A stretch of DNA of 64,000 bases from Gemmatimonadales bacterium (GCA_050184075.1 JBFXAS010000002.1:15831-79830), one strand, 5' to 3'; numbered from the stretch's first letter, positions 1-9,754 are shown. A program made the numbers and translations. The notes: generated by a model not told the origin, from the sequence alone.

Positions 1-240
1 GTAGTCGAAGGTGACGCGATTCTGCGCCTCGACCCAGGACCGCACGGCCGAGGCCGTGTCGTCCTCGAGCCAGCGATAGGGATCCGCCACCTTGACGCCG
101 TGGTAGTCGTCGACGTGATCGACCTTGGCGGTCTTGGGATAGGTGATCGACTGAGCGGCCGCCGGCGCGGCCGCCGCCAGCACGCCGACCGCGATCGCGA
201 CGATCCGATGGAGCGGGCCTCTGACGGACGACACGGGCAC
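1..240 (-). CDS. prolyl oligopeptidase (S9A) family protein, N-terminal fragment; the gene continues past the left edge of the window
   Basis: It is absent from the ORF track because it runs off the window. My reverse-complement translation of 1-234 reads VSSVRGPLHRIVAIAVGVLAAAAPAAAQSITYPKTAKVDHVDDYHGVKVADPYRWLEDDTASAVRSWVEAQNRVTFDY. That is a signal peptide followed by the DPYRWLED...N..T..Y signature typical of prolyl endopeptidase N-termini. GTG start candidates are at 234 and 240. Confidence 0.6.
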   Translation of the reverse strand, partial: MPVSSVRGPLHRIVAIAVGVLAAAAPAAAQSITYPKTAKVDHVDDYHGVKVADPYRWLEDDTASAVRSWVEAQNRVTFDY

Positions 241-385
241 CTCACCGGGTGGGAGGAGGGAGAGCGTGGCTCCCCGACAAGATACCGTAGACGCCCTTCG
301 CCCGTGATCCCGGGTAGGCGGTGGCCGACGCGCCTATCTTCCGGGTACCGCGACCCGGTCCCTCTCCAATCCGAGGCCTCAGTCG

Positions 386-1945
386 ATGCGCCGATTCTCT
401 TGCTTCGTCGCCAGTGGCTTCGCGGCCGCCTTCTTCCCTCACGAGCTCGTCGCGCAGCGGGCCCCTGCACCGCCACCCGGGCTCGACGCCTACGTCGCGG
501 GCGTGATGAAGGCCTTCGGGGTCCCCGGCCTGAGCCTCGCCGTCGTGAAGGACGGCCAGGTCGTCGTTGCCAGGGGCTACGGCGTTCGGAAGCTCGGCGA
601 GCCCGAGGCGGTCGACGCCGAGACCCGGTTCGCCATCGCCTCCAACTCGAAGCTCTTCACGGCCACCGCGCTCGGTCTCCTGGTCGAGGAGGGCAAGCTC
701 GAGTGGGACGCGCCGGTGGTTCGCTACCTGCCGTGGTTCGCACTCTCCGATCCCTACGTCACCCACGAGCTCACGGTCCGCGACCTGCTCGTCCATCGCT
801 CCGGACTCGGCCTCGGCGCCGGCGATCTCCTCTGGTGGCCGCCGTCCACCTACGATCGGAGCGAGATCGCCCGACGGCTGCGCCACATCCCGCTCGCCAC
901 CAGCTTCCGGAGCGCCTACGCCTACGACAACGTCCTCTATCTGATCGCCGGGCTCCTGATCGAATCGGTCTCGGGCGAGTCGTGGGAGGACTTCGTTCGA
1001 GAGCGGATCTTCCGCCCCGTCGGAATGAGCGGAGCCACCCCCGACAACACCGAGAGCGCCGCCGGCCCGAACGACGCCTGGCCGCACGCCAAGGTCGACG
1101 GCACGCTGCGGACGGTCCCGGTCTTTCGGAGTCGCAACGTGAATCCGGCCGGCGGGATCAGCGCCGGCGCGACCGACATGGCCAGGTGGCTCGTCACCCA
1201 GCTCGACTCGGGCCGGGTGGGTAGCGGTCGGCTCTTCTCGGAGCGCACGACGCGGCAGCTCTGGACCATGGTCACCCCGATTCCGCAGGGCCCGCCTCCG
1301 CCGGAGCTCGCCCCCTATCGGGCCGAGTTCAATGGCTACGCCCTCGGCGTGGGGGTGCGCGACTATCGAGGGGTGAAGCTCCTGCAGCACACGGGCGGGC
1401 TACCTGGATTCGTGTCGCGGGTCGCCATGATCCCGTCGGCCAAGGTGGGCGTGTCGGTGCTCACCAACGCGGAGAGCGGCTCCGCGTTCGATGCGATCGC
1501 CTGGTGGATCCTCGACTATTACCTGGGAGTGCGGCCGGCCTTCGATTGGGCCGCCGCCTACGCGGCCCTCGAGGCGAAGGCCGTGCCGCCGTCGTCACAG
1601 GTGGCGGCGCCCGACAAGACCAGCCGACCCTCGCTCCCGCTCGATCGCTACGCCGGCAAGTACCTCGACGCGTGGTACGGCGACGTCACCATCCGCAAGG
1701 ACGGCGATCGCCTCGCCATCGCGTTCTGCTGCTCGCCTGATCTGGTGGGCACCCTGGAGCACTGGCAGTACGACACCTTCGTGGCCCGGTGGAACGACCG
1801 CTCGCTCCGGGCGGACGCCTTCGTCACCTTCAGCCTGACGCCGGACGGGAAGATCGCCGAGGCGCGAATGGCGCCGTTCAGCGCCGAAGTGGACTTCAGC
1901 TTCGACTTTCAGGACCTCCGTCTGGTCCCCGCGACCCACCAGTGA
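386..1945 (+). CDS. beta-lactamase-related serine hydrolase (class C / EstB-like) with a C-terminal extra domain
   Basis: 519-aa ORF with a signal peptide. It carries an S-x-x-K motif (ASNSK), Y-x-N (YAYDN) and an HTG triad equivalent (LLQHTGGLPGF). Confidence 0.85.
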   Translation: MRRFSCFVASGFAAAFFPHELVAQRAPAPPPGLDAYVAGVMKAFGVPGLSLAVVKDGQVVVARGYGVRKLGEPEAVDAETRFAIASNSKLFTATALGLLVEEGKLEWDAPVVRYLPWFALSDPYVTHELTVRDLLVHRSGLGLGAGDLLWWPPSTYDRSEIARRLRHIPLATSFRSAYAYDNVLYLIAGLLIESVSGESWEDFVRERIFRPVGMSGATPDNTESAAGPNDAWPHAKVDGTLRTVPVFRSRNVNPAGGISAGATDMARWLVTQLDSGRVGSGRLFSERTTRQLWTMVTPIPQGPPPPELAPYRAEFNGYALGVGVRDYRGVKLLQHTGGLPGFVSRVAMIPSAKVGVSVLTNAESGSAFDAIAWWILDYYLGVRPAFDWAAAYAALEAKAVPPSSQVAAPDKTSRPSLPLDRYAGKYLDAWYGDVTIRKDGDRLAIAFCCSPDLVGTLEHWQYDTFVARWNDRSLRADAFVTFSLTPDGKIAEARMAPFSAEVDFSFDFQDLRLVPATHQ

Positions 1946-3240
1946 ACCGTCGCCGCCAGGACCACCAGGGCCATCGTGAGCGCCTCGCGACCACTCATCG
2001 CGGTCGCGAGGATCAGGGAGATCAGCACCCCGATCAGGGCCATGCTGACGCCCCAGGGGGCCCGGTAGCGCGCCGGCCCGGGTGACGCCGCCGTTCCGTC
2101 GCGGCGGCGGAAGACCGGGAGCGCGGCGCACACGCCGCCGTAGATGAAGAGCCGGGACACGGCCGAGAGCCCGAGGTTCTGGAGCAGGCCGGCCTGGTTG
2201 GCGAGCAACCACGACAGCCCGCCGAAGATCGCGATCGAGAGCGCCGGGGTGCGAAACACCGGATGGATCCACCCGAAGAAGGCGGGCAGCTCGCCCTCTT
2301 CGGCCATCGCCATCGTGAGCCGGGGCACCGTGAGCATGTTGCTCGCGAGCCAGCCGTAGACCGAGATCAGCGCCGCCACCGAGACGATCACCGCGCCGGT
2401 TCGGCCGAGCATCACCCCCGCCGACGCGGCCAGCGGGCGGGTGGTCGACCCCGGGTCCGGCAGCGTCGCGAGCACGGTCACCTGGGCGGCGAGATAGACC
2501 ACCGTCACCACCGCGAGGCCCGAGAGCAGCGCCACCGCGGGATCGCGCCCCGGGTCCTTGGCCTCCGAGAGCGGGATCAGCGCCGCTTCGAACCCGCCGT
2601 ACGCGAACATCAGCAGCAGGAGCACCTCGAGCCAGCCGCGCGGCGTCGGGTCGCTCGGCACCGGCGACTCGATCGGATGTCCGCTCGCGAGCCAGACGAT
2701 GCCAAGCACCCCGAAGCCGACCAGCGAAAGCACCTTGATGCTGGCCAGCACGTCGCTCACCCGGGTGCCCGAGACCACGCTCCGGATGTTCGCGATGGTG
2801 AGCGCCCCGATGAACACCGTCGTGGCGACGATCCCTCCCAGCCGGGTGCCGACCCAGGGCACCAGCTCCGCCAGATACGCCGAGAAGAGATTGGCCTGCA
2901 CCGCCGCCGAGATCACCCGGGCGAAGTAGACGATCCACGCCATCTGGATGCCCGCGAATCGGCCGAACGCGACCCGGGTGAAGAGGTAGGCGCCGCCCGC
3001 GGCCTGGAACCGCGAGGCGACTTCGGCGAACGAGAAGATCATGGCCGCCGTGAAGCCGGCGGCCAGCACCCAGCCGACCAGCCCGATCCAACCCAACCGG
3101 CCGGCCGTGGTGCCCGGCAGCACGAAGATGCCGGTGCCGATGATGGTATTCAGCGCGATCGCGGTGAGGCTGAATCGACCGATCGTCCGGATCAGCCCGA
3201 TGGCGGGCGCCGCCGGCGCGGACCCGGTCGGTCGAGTCAC
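1909..3240 (-). CDS. APC-family amino acid permease
   Basis: Polytopic membrane ORF (GRFSLTAIALNTIIGTGIFVLPG...). The first 66 codons of the 510-aa track ORF are Arg/Asp-rich junk. I place the start at GTG 3240, which overlaps the upstream stop as GTGA. Confidence 0.85.
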   Translation of the reverse strand: MTRPTGSAPAAPAIGLIRTIGRFSLTAIALNTIIGTGIFVLPGTTAGRLGWIGLVGWVLAAGFTAAMIFSFAEVASRFQAAGGAYLFTRVAFGRFAGIQMAWIVYFARVISAAVQANLFSAYLAELVPWVGTRLGGIVATTVFIGALTIANIRSVVSGTRVSDVLASIKVLSLVGFGVLGIVWLASGHPIESPVPSDPTPRGWLEVLLLLMFAYGGFEAALIPLSEAKDPGRDPAVALLSGLAVVTVVYLAAQVTVLATLPDPGSTTRPLAASAGVMLGRTGAVIVSVAALISVYGWLASNMLTVPRLTMAMAEEGELPAFFGWIHPVFRTPALSIAIFGGLSWLLANQAGLLQNLGLSAVSRLFIYGGVCAALPVFRRRDGTAASPGPARYRAPWGVSMALIGVLISLILATAMSGREALTMALVVLAATVHWWVAGTRRRS

Positions 3241-3596
3241 GACGTCCCTGACGAGGGCGGTGCTGTCCCGACCTCGACCGCCTTGGGCGGTTCGGGCTCC
3301 GAATCGAGCTTGCCCAGGAAGGACGTCAGTTCGACGCCGCCACTGTCTCTCAACACCTGCATCGTCGTCGGCATCGTGTTGGCCATGCTCTCGAGGAAGT
3401 CCGTGGTGCCCCAGCCACCCGAGCCGCCGCCGGAGATGCATTTGGCGGCGCCGTCGCCGCCAACCCGCCCGGAGATGACCAACACCCGGTTCGCCGGACG
3501 GCGCTTGTCCCGCCGGGTCGGCAACCTCACGAACGACCTGGCCAGCGCTGCGCCGACCAGGGCCGTGATCAACGCGATGGCGGGGAAAGTCGACAT
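3237..3596 (-). CDS. flotillin-like remnant: N-terminal membrane anchor and C-terminal tail, with the SPFH and coiled-coil core missing
   Basis: 119-aa ORF. It has a TM helix followed by RRPANRVLVISGR, like the flotillin N-terminus (PNEALVxSG). This runs straight into ISGGGSGGWGTTDFLESMANTMPTTMQVLRDSGGVELTSFLGKL, like the flotillin/YqiK C-terminal tail. It sits directly downstream of an NfeD-like gene, the usual flotillin partner. Confidence 0.5.
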   Translation of the reverse strand: MSTFPAIALITALVGAALARSFVRLPTRRDKRRPANRVLVISGRVGGDGAAKCISGGGSGGWGTTDFLESMANTMPTTMQVLRDSGGVELTSFLGKLDSEPEPPKAVEVGTAPPSSGTS

Positions 3597-3604
3597 GCCG
3601 TCTC

Positions 3605-4141
3605 CTAAGGTGCTCGGTCCGGCAACCGTCTGACGACCAGGGTCTCCCCGACGGTGTCGGTCACTTCGATGGACGCGCCGGTGGAGATCGCCTGGTCCTT
3701 GCTGATCGCCTCCAGCTCCACCAGGCGACCGCGCAGCCGCACGTGGACCTTGCCAGCGCCAGCCTCGTGGGCGGGAATCGCCAGGTAAACGGATCCGATC
3801 TCGCCGATCGTCTCCTCAATCCGGGCGGTCTTGTCCGCCTCGAGGCTCAGGATCGCCTTGGTCACCTTGGCCGTCGCGACGACCGCCACCGCGCCGGCCA
3901 CCAGCCCGAGCGGCAGCCCGACCAGGAAGGGCAGGCCGAGCCACGCCCCCACCAGCCCGCCGATGCCGAAGAACGCGACGCCGGCCGAGAGCGCGCGAAT
4001 CGAGAAGAGGTTGAGCCCCTCCTCCAGGTCCGCCTCGGCGCCCTCGGCATCGTGATCGCCGAGGCCGATGAAGCTGAGCAGCGTCTGGAGCACCAGCACC
4101 GTGCCCCCGAGCCCCGCGCATGACAGGTAGAAGGCTTCCAC
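3605..4141 (-). CDS. NfeD/YqiJ-like membrane protein
   Basis: 178 aa. N-terminal TM helices with an acidic loop, and a C-terminal OB-like soluble domain (GKVHVRLRGRLVELEAIS...IEVTD). GTG start at 4141 with a GGAG motif 5-6 nt upstream. Confidence 0.7.
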   Translation of the reverse strand: MEAFYLSCAGLGGTVLVLQTLLSFIGLGDHDAEGAEADLEEGLNLFSIRALSAGVAFFGIGGLVGAWLGLPFLVGLPLGLVAGAVAVVATAKVTKAILSLEADKTARIEETIGEIGSVYLAIPAHEAGAGKVHVRLRGRLVELEAISKDQAISTGASIEVTDTVGETLVVRRLPDRAP

Positions 4142-4250
4142 GACTAGGAGATATCGTGGCCGCCCAAGCGGCGCAATCAGGTGCCTGTGTCCGTGGGGTA
4201 ATGACGGCCAGCCCGCGCGAGGTTTCGCAGCCTCGTTCCCGAAACGAGAC

Positions 4251-4272
4251 GACCCCGCCCGGGGGCGGGGTC
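4251..4272 (-). terminator. GC-rich hairpin downstream of the lipoprotein gene (candidate intrinsic terminator)
   Basis: GACCCCGCC-cggg-GGCGGGGTC is a perfect 9-bp stem, about 30 nt after the stop at 4302. On the minus strand it is followed by GTCTCGTTTCGGG. A second small hairpin, CTCGTT-cccga-AACGAG, lies at 4232-4248. Confidence 0.45.
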
Positions 4273-4301
4273 GCGCTCTTGTCGGGGACCGGGACGTTGG
4301 C

Positions 4302-5054
4302 TCAGCGATCGCGGCGATGGGGCCGCCCGCGGGTCCGCAGGTCGAACTCGAAGGACTCGCCGTTCACCGTGACGGTCACGGTGGCCGTGCCATTGAACTC
4401 GACCGTCACGGTGCGGGTCACGGTCTGGCCGTCCCTGGGTCCGCCCGTGAAGGTGATGGTCACCGTGCGGGTGATCGTGCCGGAGAGCGGCCACCCGTTG
4501 TCGGTTCGCGGAACGGGCATCACCACGTCGTCGATCTCGCCCGAGAAGGTCATCTCGTACTGTCGGACCTCGCCGTCACCCGACTCGCGGACGCGGGACG
4601 CCGAGCCGGAGCCGGTGCCGTTCCAGGTGCGGGTGGTCTCGGTGCCCTCGAGACCGGTGACGACCAGATCGGTGGTCCGGGAGATCGACGCGCTGTGCAA
4701 GTCGCGGCTGAACTCGCCGGCGATCTCCGTGTGCACCGAGATCGAGGCGGTCGTCTGCTCGTCGTAGCCATCCTCCTCGTTGCCGCCCGCGTCCCGGAAG
4801 ACGCAGGTGCGGACCACCGTCAGGCCGTGCCGGCTCCCGCCGTCGCAGCCGAAGAGTCTGAAGTCGGCGCGAAGCCCGAATCCCACCAAACCGCCGGGGC
4901 CGTGCATCACCTCCACGTCCTGGGCCGCCGCCTCGGCCGCCACCGCGGCCACGTCGGCCGTGAGCATCGCGTCTTCGGCCGTGTTCTCGGTGCTGGAGCA
5001 CGCTGCCAACGCGAGCGCCACCCCCACCGCGCAAAGCTTGTCAGTCCACCTCAT
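4302..5054 (-). CDS. lipoprotein of unknown function
   Basis: Internal ATG at 5054 gives MRWTDKLCAVGVALALAACSS (lipobox LAAC). The rest is Thr/Val/Gly-rich beta-type sequence. The longer 338-aa track ORF has an implausible N-terminus. Confidence 0.6.
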   Translation of the reverse strand: MRWTDKLCAVGVALALAACSSTENTAEDAMLTADVAAVAAEAAAQDVEVMHGPGGLVGFGLRADFRLFGCDGGSRHGLTVVRTCVFRDAGGNEEDGYDEQTTASISVHTEIAGEFSRDLHSASISRTTDLVVTGLEGTETTRTWNGTGSGSASRVRESGDGEVRQYEMTFSGEIDDVVMPVPRTDNGWPLSGTITRTVTITFTGGPRDGQTVTRTVTVEFNGTATVTVTVNGESFEFDLRTRGRPHRRDR

Positions 5055-5284
5055 CGGAAAACCTCGTCGAGCTGAAGGTCGAAGTTCGTCCATCGCTTGT
5101 CGTGCTTCGGAAGCAGGCCCGCTTCCCTGACACCCTGGCGTTCCGGCTCCCCTGATGCCCGACTTTGCATCACCAGGCTCAGGCTGGATCGGTCGCGCTA
5201 CCAGTAGACGGACGTCGCTCCCGGGCGTTAAGCCCACGAGTCTCTTGCGGCGCGGTCCGGCGTGATATAGCTTGGCTCTATATT

Positions 5285-5298
5285 TAGACGATCTAGTC
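5285..5298. promoter_or_regulatory. candidate PadR operator abutting the start codon of PadR gene 1
   Basis: TAGACGATCTAGTC includes the near-palindrome TAGAcgaTCTA. It lies in an AT-rich patch (ctatatttagacgatctagtcaATG) of an otherwise GC-rich genome. The TAGTC/CTAG core recurs upstream of the other two PadR genes. Confidence 0.35.
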
Positions 5299-5299
5299 A

Positions 5300-5638
5300 A
5301 TGCGCGCGAAGCCAGCACATCTGCTCCAAGGCACCCTCGAGACGCTCGCCCTCAAGTCGCTCTCCTGGGGTCCCCGCCATGGCTACGCCATCGGCCGCTG
5401 GATCGAGGAGCTCACCGAAGGGACGCTGACAATCGAGGCGGGCTCCCTCTATCCGGCTCTATACCGGCTCGAGCAGAAAAAGCTGATCGAAGCGGAGTGG
5501 GGTACCTCGGACCAGGGCCGGCCCGCCAAGCTCTACCGCCTCACCGCCGCTGGCGCCGAGCAAATGAAGCGGGAGGTGCAGACCTGGCGGCGCTTCAGCT
5601 GGGCCATCGCCAAAGTTCTCGACGCCAAGTCGGCGTGA
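5300..5638 (+). CDS. PadR family transcriptional regulator
   Basis: 112 aa with the LQGTLE..L..L...P.HGY.I signature and GSLYPALYRLEQKKLIEAEWG. Confidence 0.9.
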   Translation: MRAKPAHLLQGTLETLALKSLSWGPRHGYAIGRWIEELTEGTLTIEAGSLYPALYRLEQKKLIEAEWGTSDQGRPAKLYRLTAAGAEQMKREVQTWRRFSWAIAKVLDAKSA

Positions 5639-5648
5639 GGCGCTGAGC

Positions 5649-8261
5649 ATGTGGGGGTTCCTGAGGCCGAAGCCCGAGCAGGAGGTGCGGGCGGAGCTCG
5701 AGTCGCACCTGGAGCACGCGGTCGCCGAGCTGGTGGCGGGCGGGATGGCGCCGGAGGAGGCCCGGCGGAAGGCGCTCCATGATCTCGGTCGGCTGGCGGC
5801 CACCACCAGGCGACTCGAGCGCGGCGCCGAGCGACGCAACCGTGCCGAGACGCGCCGCGCCTGGCTGAGCGAGCTCGCGCAGGACGTTCGTTTCGCCCTC
5901 CGCTCTTTTGGTCGCTGGCCGCTTCCGACCGCCGTCGTCACGGGCTCGATCGCCCTGGGCGTCGCGGGCACGCTGGCGGTCTTCGCGGTCGTCAAAGCGG
6001 TGCTGCTGGCTCCGCTCCCCTATCCGGCCGCCGAGCGTCTGGTGCGGGTCTCCGAGCGAGTTCCGACCGGCGACCGCTGGGAGCTCTCCTTTCCCGCCTT
6101 CCGGGATCTCCGCGAGCAGAGCCGGACCCTCGATCGGGTGATCGGCTACAGCCGCTCGCTCGCCAACGTCGCCATGGGCGAGGAGACAGTCCAGATCCCG
6201 ACGGCAACGGTCAGCGCGGACGCGCTCGAGCTGCTCGGCGCGACCCCGATCGCGGGCCGCGGCCTCCTCCCGGCCGACGGCTCGGGCGACGGGCCGCCGG
6301 TCGCGGTCGTGAGCGAGCGACTCTGGCGGTCCCGATTCGGGCGCTCGCCTGATCTCGTGGGCAGCACGCAGCTGATCGAGGGCGCCGCGGTCACCATCGT
6401 GGGGGTGCTGCCCGCCGACTTCCGCTTTCCCGAGGACGAGACCGCGATCTGGCTCCCGCTTCCGCCCGCCGCGCCGTGGATGGAGAACCGCGCGGTCCAC
6501 ATCGTCGAGGTGGTGGGTCGTCTCGCCCCGGGCGCGACCGTGCCTGGGGCGACGGCGGAGCTCGATGCGCAACTCGCGCGGGCGCAGCAGGCCGAGCCGG
6601 GCAGCGATCCCGAGCATCGGGCGGCGATCTATCCGCTCCAGGAAGGCGTCGTGGGCGCCGTCCAGCCGACGCTCACGCTGCTCCTCGCCGCGGCGGCCAC
6701 CGTCCTCCTCTTGGTCACGGTCAACGTCGGCGGGATGCTGCTCACCCGTGCGGTGCGGCGCGACCGGGAGATCGGGATCCGCCGGGCGCTTGGCGCCCGG
6801 CCCAGTCGCCTCGCCCGTCAACTCCTGACCGAGAGCCTGGTGCTCGCCTCGCTCGGCGGGGTGCTCGGGCTCGGACTCGCCTACCTCGGGCTCGGCGCCG
6901 TGCTCGGCCAACTGCCGGCCGGGGTGCCTAGGCTGAGCGAGGTGCGCTTCGATCCGATCGTGCTCGCCAGCGCGGTCGGCGTCGTGCTGATCTCTGGTCT
7001 CCTCTTTGGCCTCGCGCCTACCCTCTACGCCGTCAGGCGCTCGCGTCCCTCCCCGCTCGGGCACGCCGCGGTGGGAGGCCGTTCCTGGCAGCGCACGGCG
7101 CGCCGCGCGCTGGTGACCGCCCAGCTCGCGCTCGCCCACGTGTTGCTGGTGGCGATGGCGCTGCTGGCGGTGAGTCTGTTGCGGTTGCAGCGGGTCGATC
7201 CGGGCTTCGACCCGTCGTCGCTGCTCACCATGACGGTCACCCTGCCGCCCGACTACTCGGCCGAGCGGCTGGTCGGCTTCTACGAGGAGCTGCCCGCCCG
7301 GCTCGAACGCCTGCCCGGGGTCCGCTCGGCGACGGCCGTGAGCCGGCTCCCGATCAGCGGCGGGGAGGCCAACGGAGATCTCACGATCGAGGGTCGCACC
7401 TTCCCGCCCGGCGGCAGCCCTCCTGCCACCTTCCGGCGGGTGCTCCCGAATTACTTCGCGGTCGCCGGCATTCCCCTCGTTTCCGGCCGGGTCTTCGCGG
7501 CCACGGACCGGGGCCAGGGCGACTTCGTCGTGGCGATCAACGAGTCCTTCGCCCGGCGCTACTGGCCCGACCGTGATCCGATCGGCGCGCGCATCAAGGT
7601 CGGACCGGCCGAATCGGAACCCTGGCTCACCGTGGTGGGCGTGGTGGGCGACGTCCACAACCTGGGTCTCGCCGACCAACCGCGCCTGGCCACCTACGAG
7701 CCCTACGCGCAGCGTCCCGGGCGGCGCCTCAGCGTGCTGGTGCGAGCCACCGGCGACCCAACCATGCTGATCGAGCCGGTCCGGCGCGCCATTCGGGCCG
7801 GCGACCCTTCGATCCCGATCGTCGAGGTCGGTTTGATGCAGCAGCGGATCGCCCGATCGCTGGCCCCACGCCGTTTCGTGATGTGGCTGGTGTCGGGATT
7901 CGGGGCGCTCGCCGCCCTGATCGCGGTGATCGGCGTGTGGGGTCTGGCGCGGCAGTCCGTCGATGAGTCGCGCCGCGAGCTCGGAGTCCGGGCGGCGCTC
8001 GGCGCGGCGCCCGCTTCGCTCGTGCGCGGGATCCTCGGCGGCACCGCCCTGCTCGCCGCGATCGGCGTCGGGCTCGGCATGGCCGGGAGCCACGTGGTCC
8101 GCCGCCTGATCGAGGGCCAGCTCTTCGCTACCGCGGCAGGCGATCCGGTGGTGGTGCTCGCCGTCGGGCTCGCCCTCGGGCTGATCGCCCTCGCGGCGAC
8201 GCTGCTGCCCGCGATCGACGGCTCCCGCACCGATCCGAGTCGGGTGCTCCGGACGGACTGA
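5649..8261 (+). CDS. MacB/FtsX-type ABC transporter permease, duplicated orphan (ADOP-like) type
   Basis: 870 aa. N-terminal cytoplasmic helical region, two MacB-like periplasmic domains and two FtsX 4-TM modules. There is no ATPase gene nearby. It starts 10 nt after the PadR stop. Confidence 0.9.
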   Translation: MWGFLRPKPEQEVRAELESHLEHAVAELVAGGMAPEEARRKALHDLGRLAATTRRLERGAERRNRAETRRAWLSELAQDVRFALRSFGRWPLPTAVVTGSIALGVAGTLAVFAVVKAVLLAPLPYPAAERLVRVSERVPTGDRWELSFPAFRDLREQSRTLDRVIGYSRSLANVAMGEETVQIPTATVSADALELLGATPIAGRGLLPADGSGDGPPVAVVSERLWRSRFGRSPDLVGSTQLIEGAAVTIVGVLPADFRFPEDETAIWLPLPPAAPWMENRAVHIVEVVGRLAPGATVPGATAELDAQLARAQQAEPGSDPEHRAAIYPLQEGVVGAVQPTLTLLLAAAATVLLLVTVNVGGMLLTRAVRRDREIGIRRALGARPSRLARQLLTESLVLASLGGVLGLGLAYLGLGAVLGQLPAGVPRLSEVRFDPIVLASAVGVVLISGLLFGLAPTLYAVRRSRPSPLGHAAVGGRSWQRTARRALVTAQLALAHVLLVAMALLAVSLLRLQRVDPGFDPSSLLTMTVTLPPDYSAERLVGFYEELPARLERLPGVRSATAVSRLPISGGEANGDLTIEGRTFPPGGSPPATFRRVLPNYFAVAGIPLVSGRVFAATDRGQGDFVVAINESFARRYWPDRDPIGARIKVGPAESEPWLTVVGVVGDVHNLGLADQPRLATYEPYAQRPGRRLSVLVRATGDPTMLIEPVRRAIRAGDPSIPIVEVGLMQQRIARSLAPRRFVMWLVSGFGALAALIAVIGVWGLARQSVDESRRELGVRAALGAAPASLVRGILGGTALLAAIGVGLGMAGSHVVRRLIEGQLFATAAGDPVVVLAVGLALGLIALAATLLPAIDGSRTDPSRVLRTD

Positions 8262-8323
8262 TTGCTGGTCGCGGCCCGGCGCCGCCGATATCATTGGGAA
8301 TCCCCCCCGGTCGAGGATTGCCG

Positions 8324-9754
8324 ATGGCTCGTCGTCTTGCCGCGCTGGTCTCACTCGTCGCCGCTCAGGCGGCGGTGGCGCAGACCGTCGATCAGCTCGC
8401 TCCGGAGGTGCGGCGGTACGTGTCCGTCGACGCACCGGTCGTAGCCCTGTCCCACGTCCAGCTGGTCGATGGCACCGGCCGCGCTCCCAAGCCGGACCAC
8501 ACCGTCGTCCTCGAGCGCGGACGAATCACCTGGGTCGGTCCGACCGCCGCGGCGAAGCTCCCGGCCGGCGCCCGGGTGATGGATCTCGCCGGCCACACGG
8601 TGATTCCCGGCCTGATCGGTCTCCACAACCACACCTTCTACTACACCAACTCGCCCCGCGCGGTGCAGTCCAATTTCACCGCCCCCCGGCTCTATCTCGG
8701 CGCGGGCGTGACCACCATCCGCACCACCGGCAGCGCCTCGCCATACGCCGAGCTCAATCTCAAGGCGAACATCGAGCGGGGGGAGATTCCCGGACCGCGG
8801 ATCGAAGTGACCGGGCCGTACCTGATCACCTCTGGGCCGGACATGCGCCTCGACCTGCTGGGGATGCACGAGCTCAGCAACACGGAGCAGGCTCGGAAAG
8901 TGGTCCGCTACTGGGCGGAAGAAGGCGCCACTTGGCTCAAGGTCTACACTCAGCTCACCCGTGAAGCGCTCGGCGCGATCACGGACGAAGCGCACAAGCA
9001 CGGCCTCAAGGTGACCGGCCACCTCTGCTCGGTCGGCTATCGCGAGGCGGTCGCGCTCGGCATCGACGGGCTCGAGCATGGCCTGCTCGCCAACTCCGAG
9101 TACGACCCCAACCGCAAGCCCGATCAGTGCTCGGCCGATTTCCGCCGGATCTTCACCGAGCTCGACGTGCAGACGGACCCCCGGGTCGAGGCCACCCGCC
9201 GGGCCATGCTCGAGAAGGGCGTGGCGCTCACCTCGACGCTCGCGGTCTACGAAGCGATGACGCCCGGCCGTCCGGCCGCCGATCCGCGGCTCTGGGACCT
9301 GCTATCCCCGGATGCGCGGGACGAAGAGCAGCGGCGGCAAGCCGGGGTCCGGGCTGTCACCGATTCGCCGATGCCGAGCGCGCTCGCGAAGAGCATGGAG
9401 TTCGAGGTCGCCTTTTTCCGGGCCGGCGGCGTGCTCGCCGCCGGGGTCGATCCGGCGTGGAGCACCCCGGCCGGCATCGGCGACCAGCGGAACTACCTGC
9501 TGCTCGTCGAGGCGGGACTCACCCCCGCGGAGGCGATCCAGGTGATGAGCCTGAATGGCGCCCGGGTGCTCGGCCGGGCCGACCAGCTGGGGTCGGTCGA
9601 AGTCGGCAAGGTCGCCGACCTCGTCGTGATCCAGGGCGACCCGGTCGCCACACCGGCGGCGATCCGCGACGTGACCGTGGTCTTCCGTGACGGGATCGGC
9701 TACGACTCGGCCAAGCTCTTCCGTGACGCGAAGGGGCTGGTGGGGGTCCGTTGA
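8324..9754 (+). CDS. secreted amidohydrolase family metallo-hydrolase
   Basis: Signal peptide MARRLAALVSLVAAQAAVAQ, an HxH metal motif (GLHNHTF), and the later GHLCS, GIDGLEHG and VADLVVIQGDP motifs typical of the amidohydrolase superfamily. Confidence 0.85.
   Translation: MARRLAALVSLVAAQAAVAQTVDQLAPEVRRYVSVDAPVVALSHVQLVDGTGRAPKPDHTVVLERGRITWVGPTAAAKLPAGARVMDLAGHTVIPGLIGLHNHTFYYTNSPRAVQSNFTAPRLYLGAGVTTIRTTGSASPYAELNLKANIERGEIPGPRIEVTGPYLITSGPDMRLDLLGMHELSNTEQARKVVRYWAEEGATWLKVYTQLTREALGAITDEAHKHGLKVTGHLCSVGYREAVALGIDGLEHGLLANSEYDPNRKPDQCSADFRRIFTELDVQTDPRVEATRRAMLEKGVALTSTLAVYEAMTPGRPAADPRLWDLLSPDARDEEQRRQAGVRAVTDSPMPSALAKSMEFEVAFFRAGGVLAAGVDPAWSTPAGIGDQRNYLLLVEAGLTPAEAIQVMSLNGARVLGRADQLGSVEVGKVADLVVIQGDPVATPAAIRDVTVVFRDGIGYDSAKLFRDAKGLVGVR

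Noticed and set aside
5595-8435. 946-aa minus-strand ORF, as an example of many very long antisense or out-of-frame ORFs in the track. Others include 242-1390(-), 1595-3091(-), 10453-12348(-), 12341-14443(-), 15579-17285(+), 25545-28280(-), 31517-33862(+), 41288-43780(+), 53664-56708(+), 53983-56565(-) and 57012-58286(-).
   Set aside because: They are mirror or shifted frames of genes with clear family signatures. Their products are dominated by Arg/Gly/Pro/Asp/His runs and have no recognisable domains. Such shadow ORFs are expected in very GC-rich DNA because stop codons are rare.
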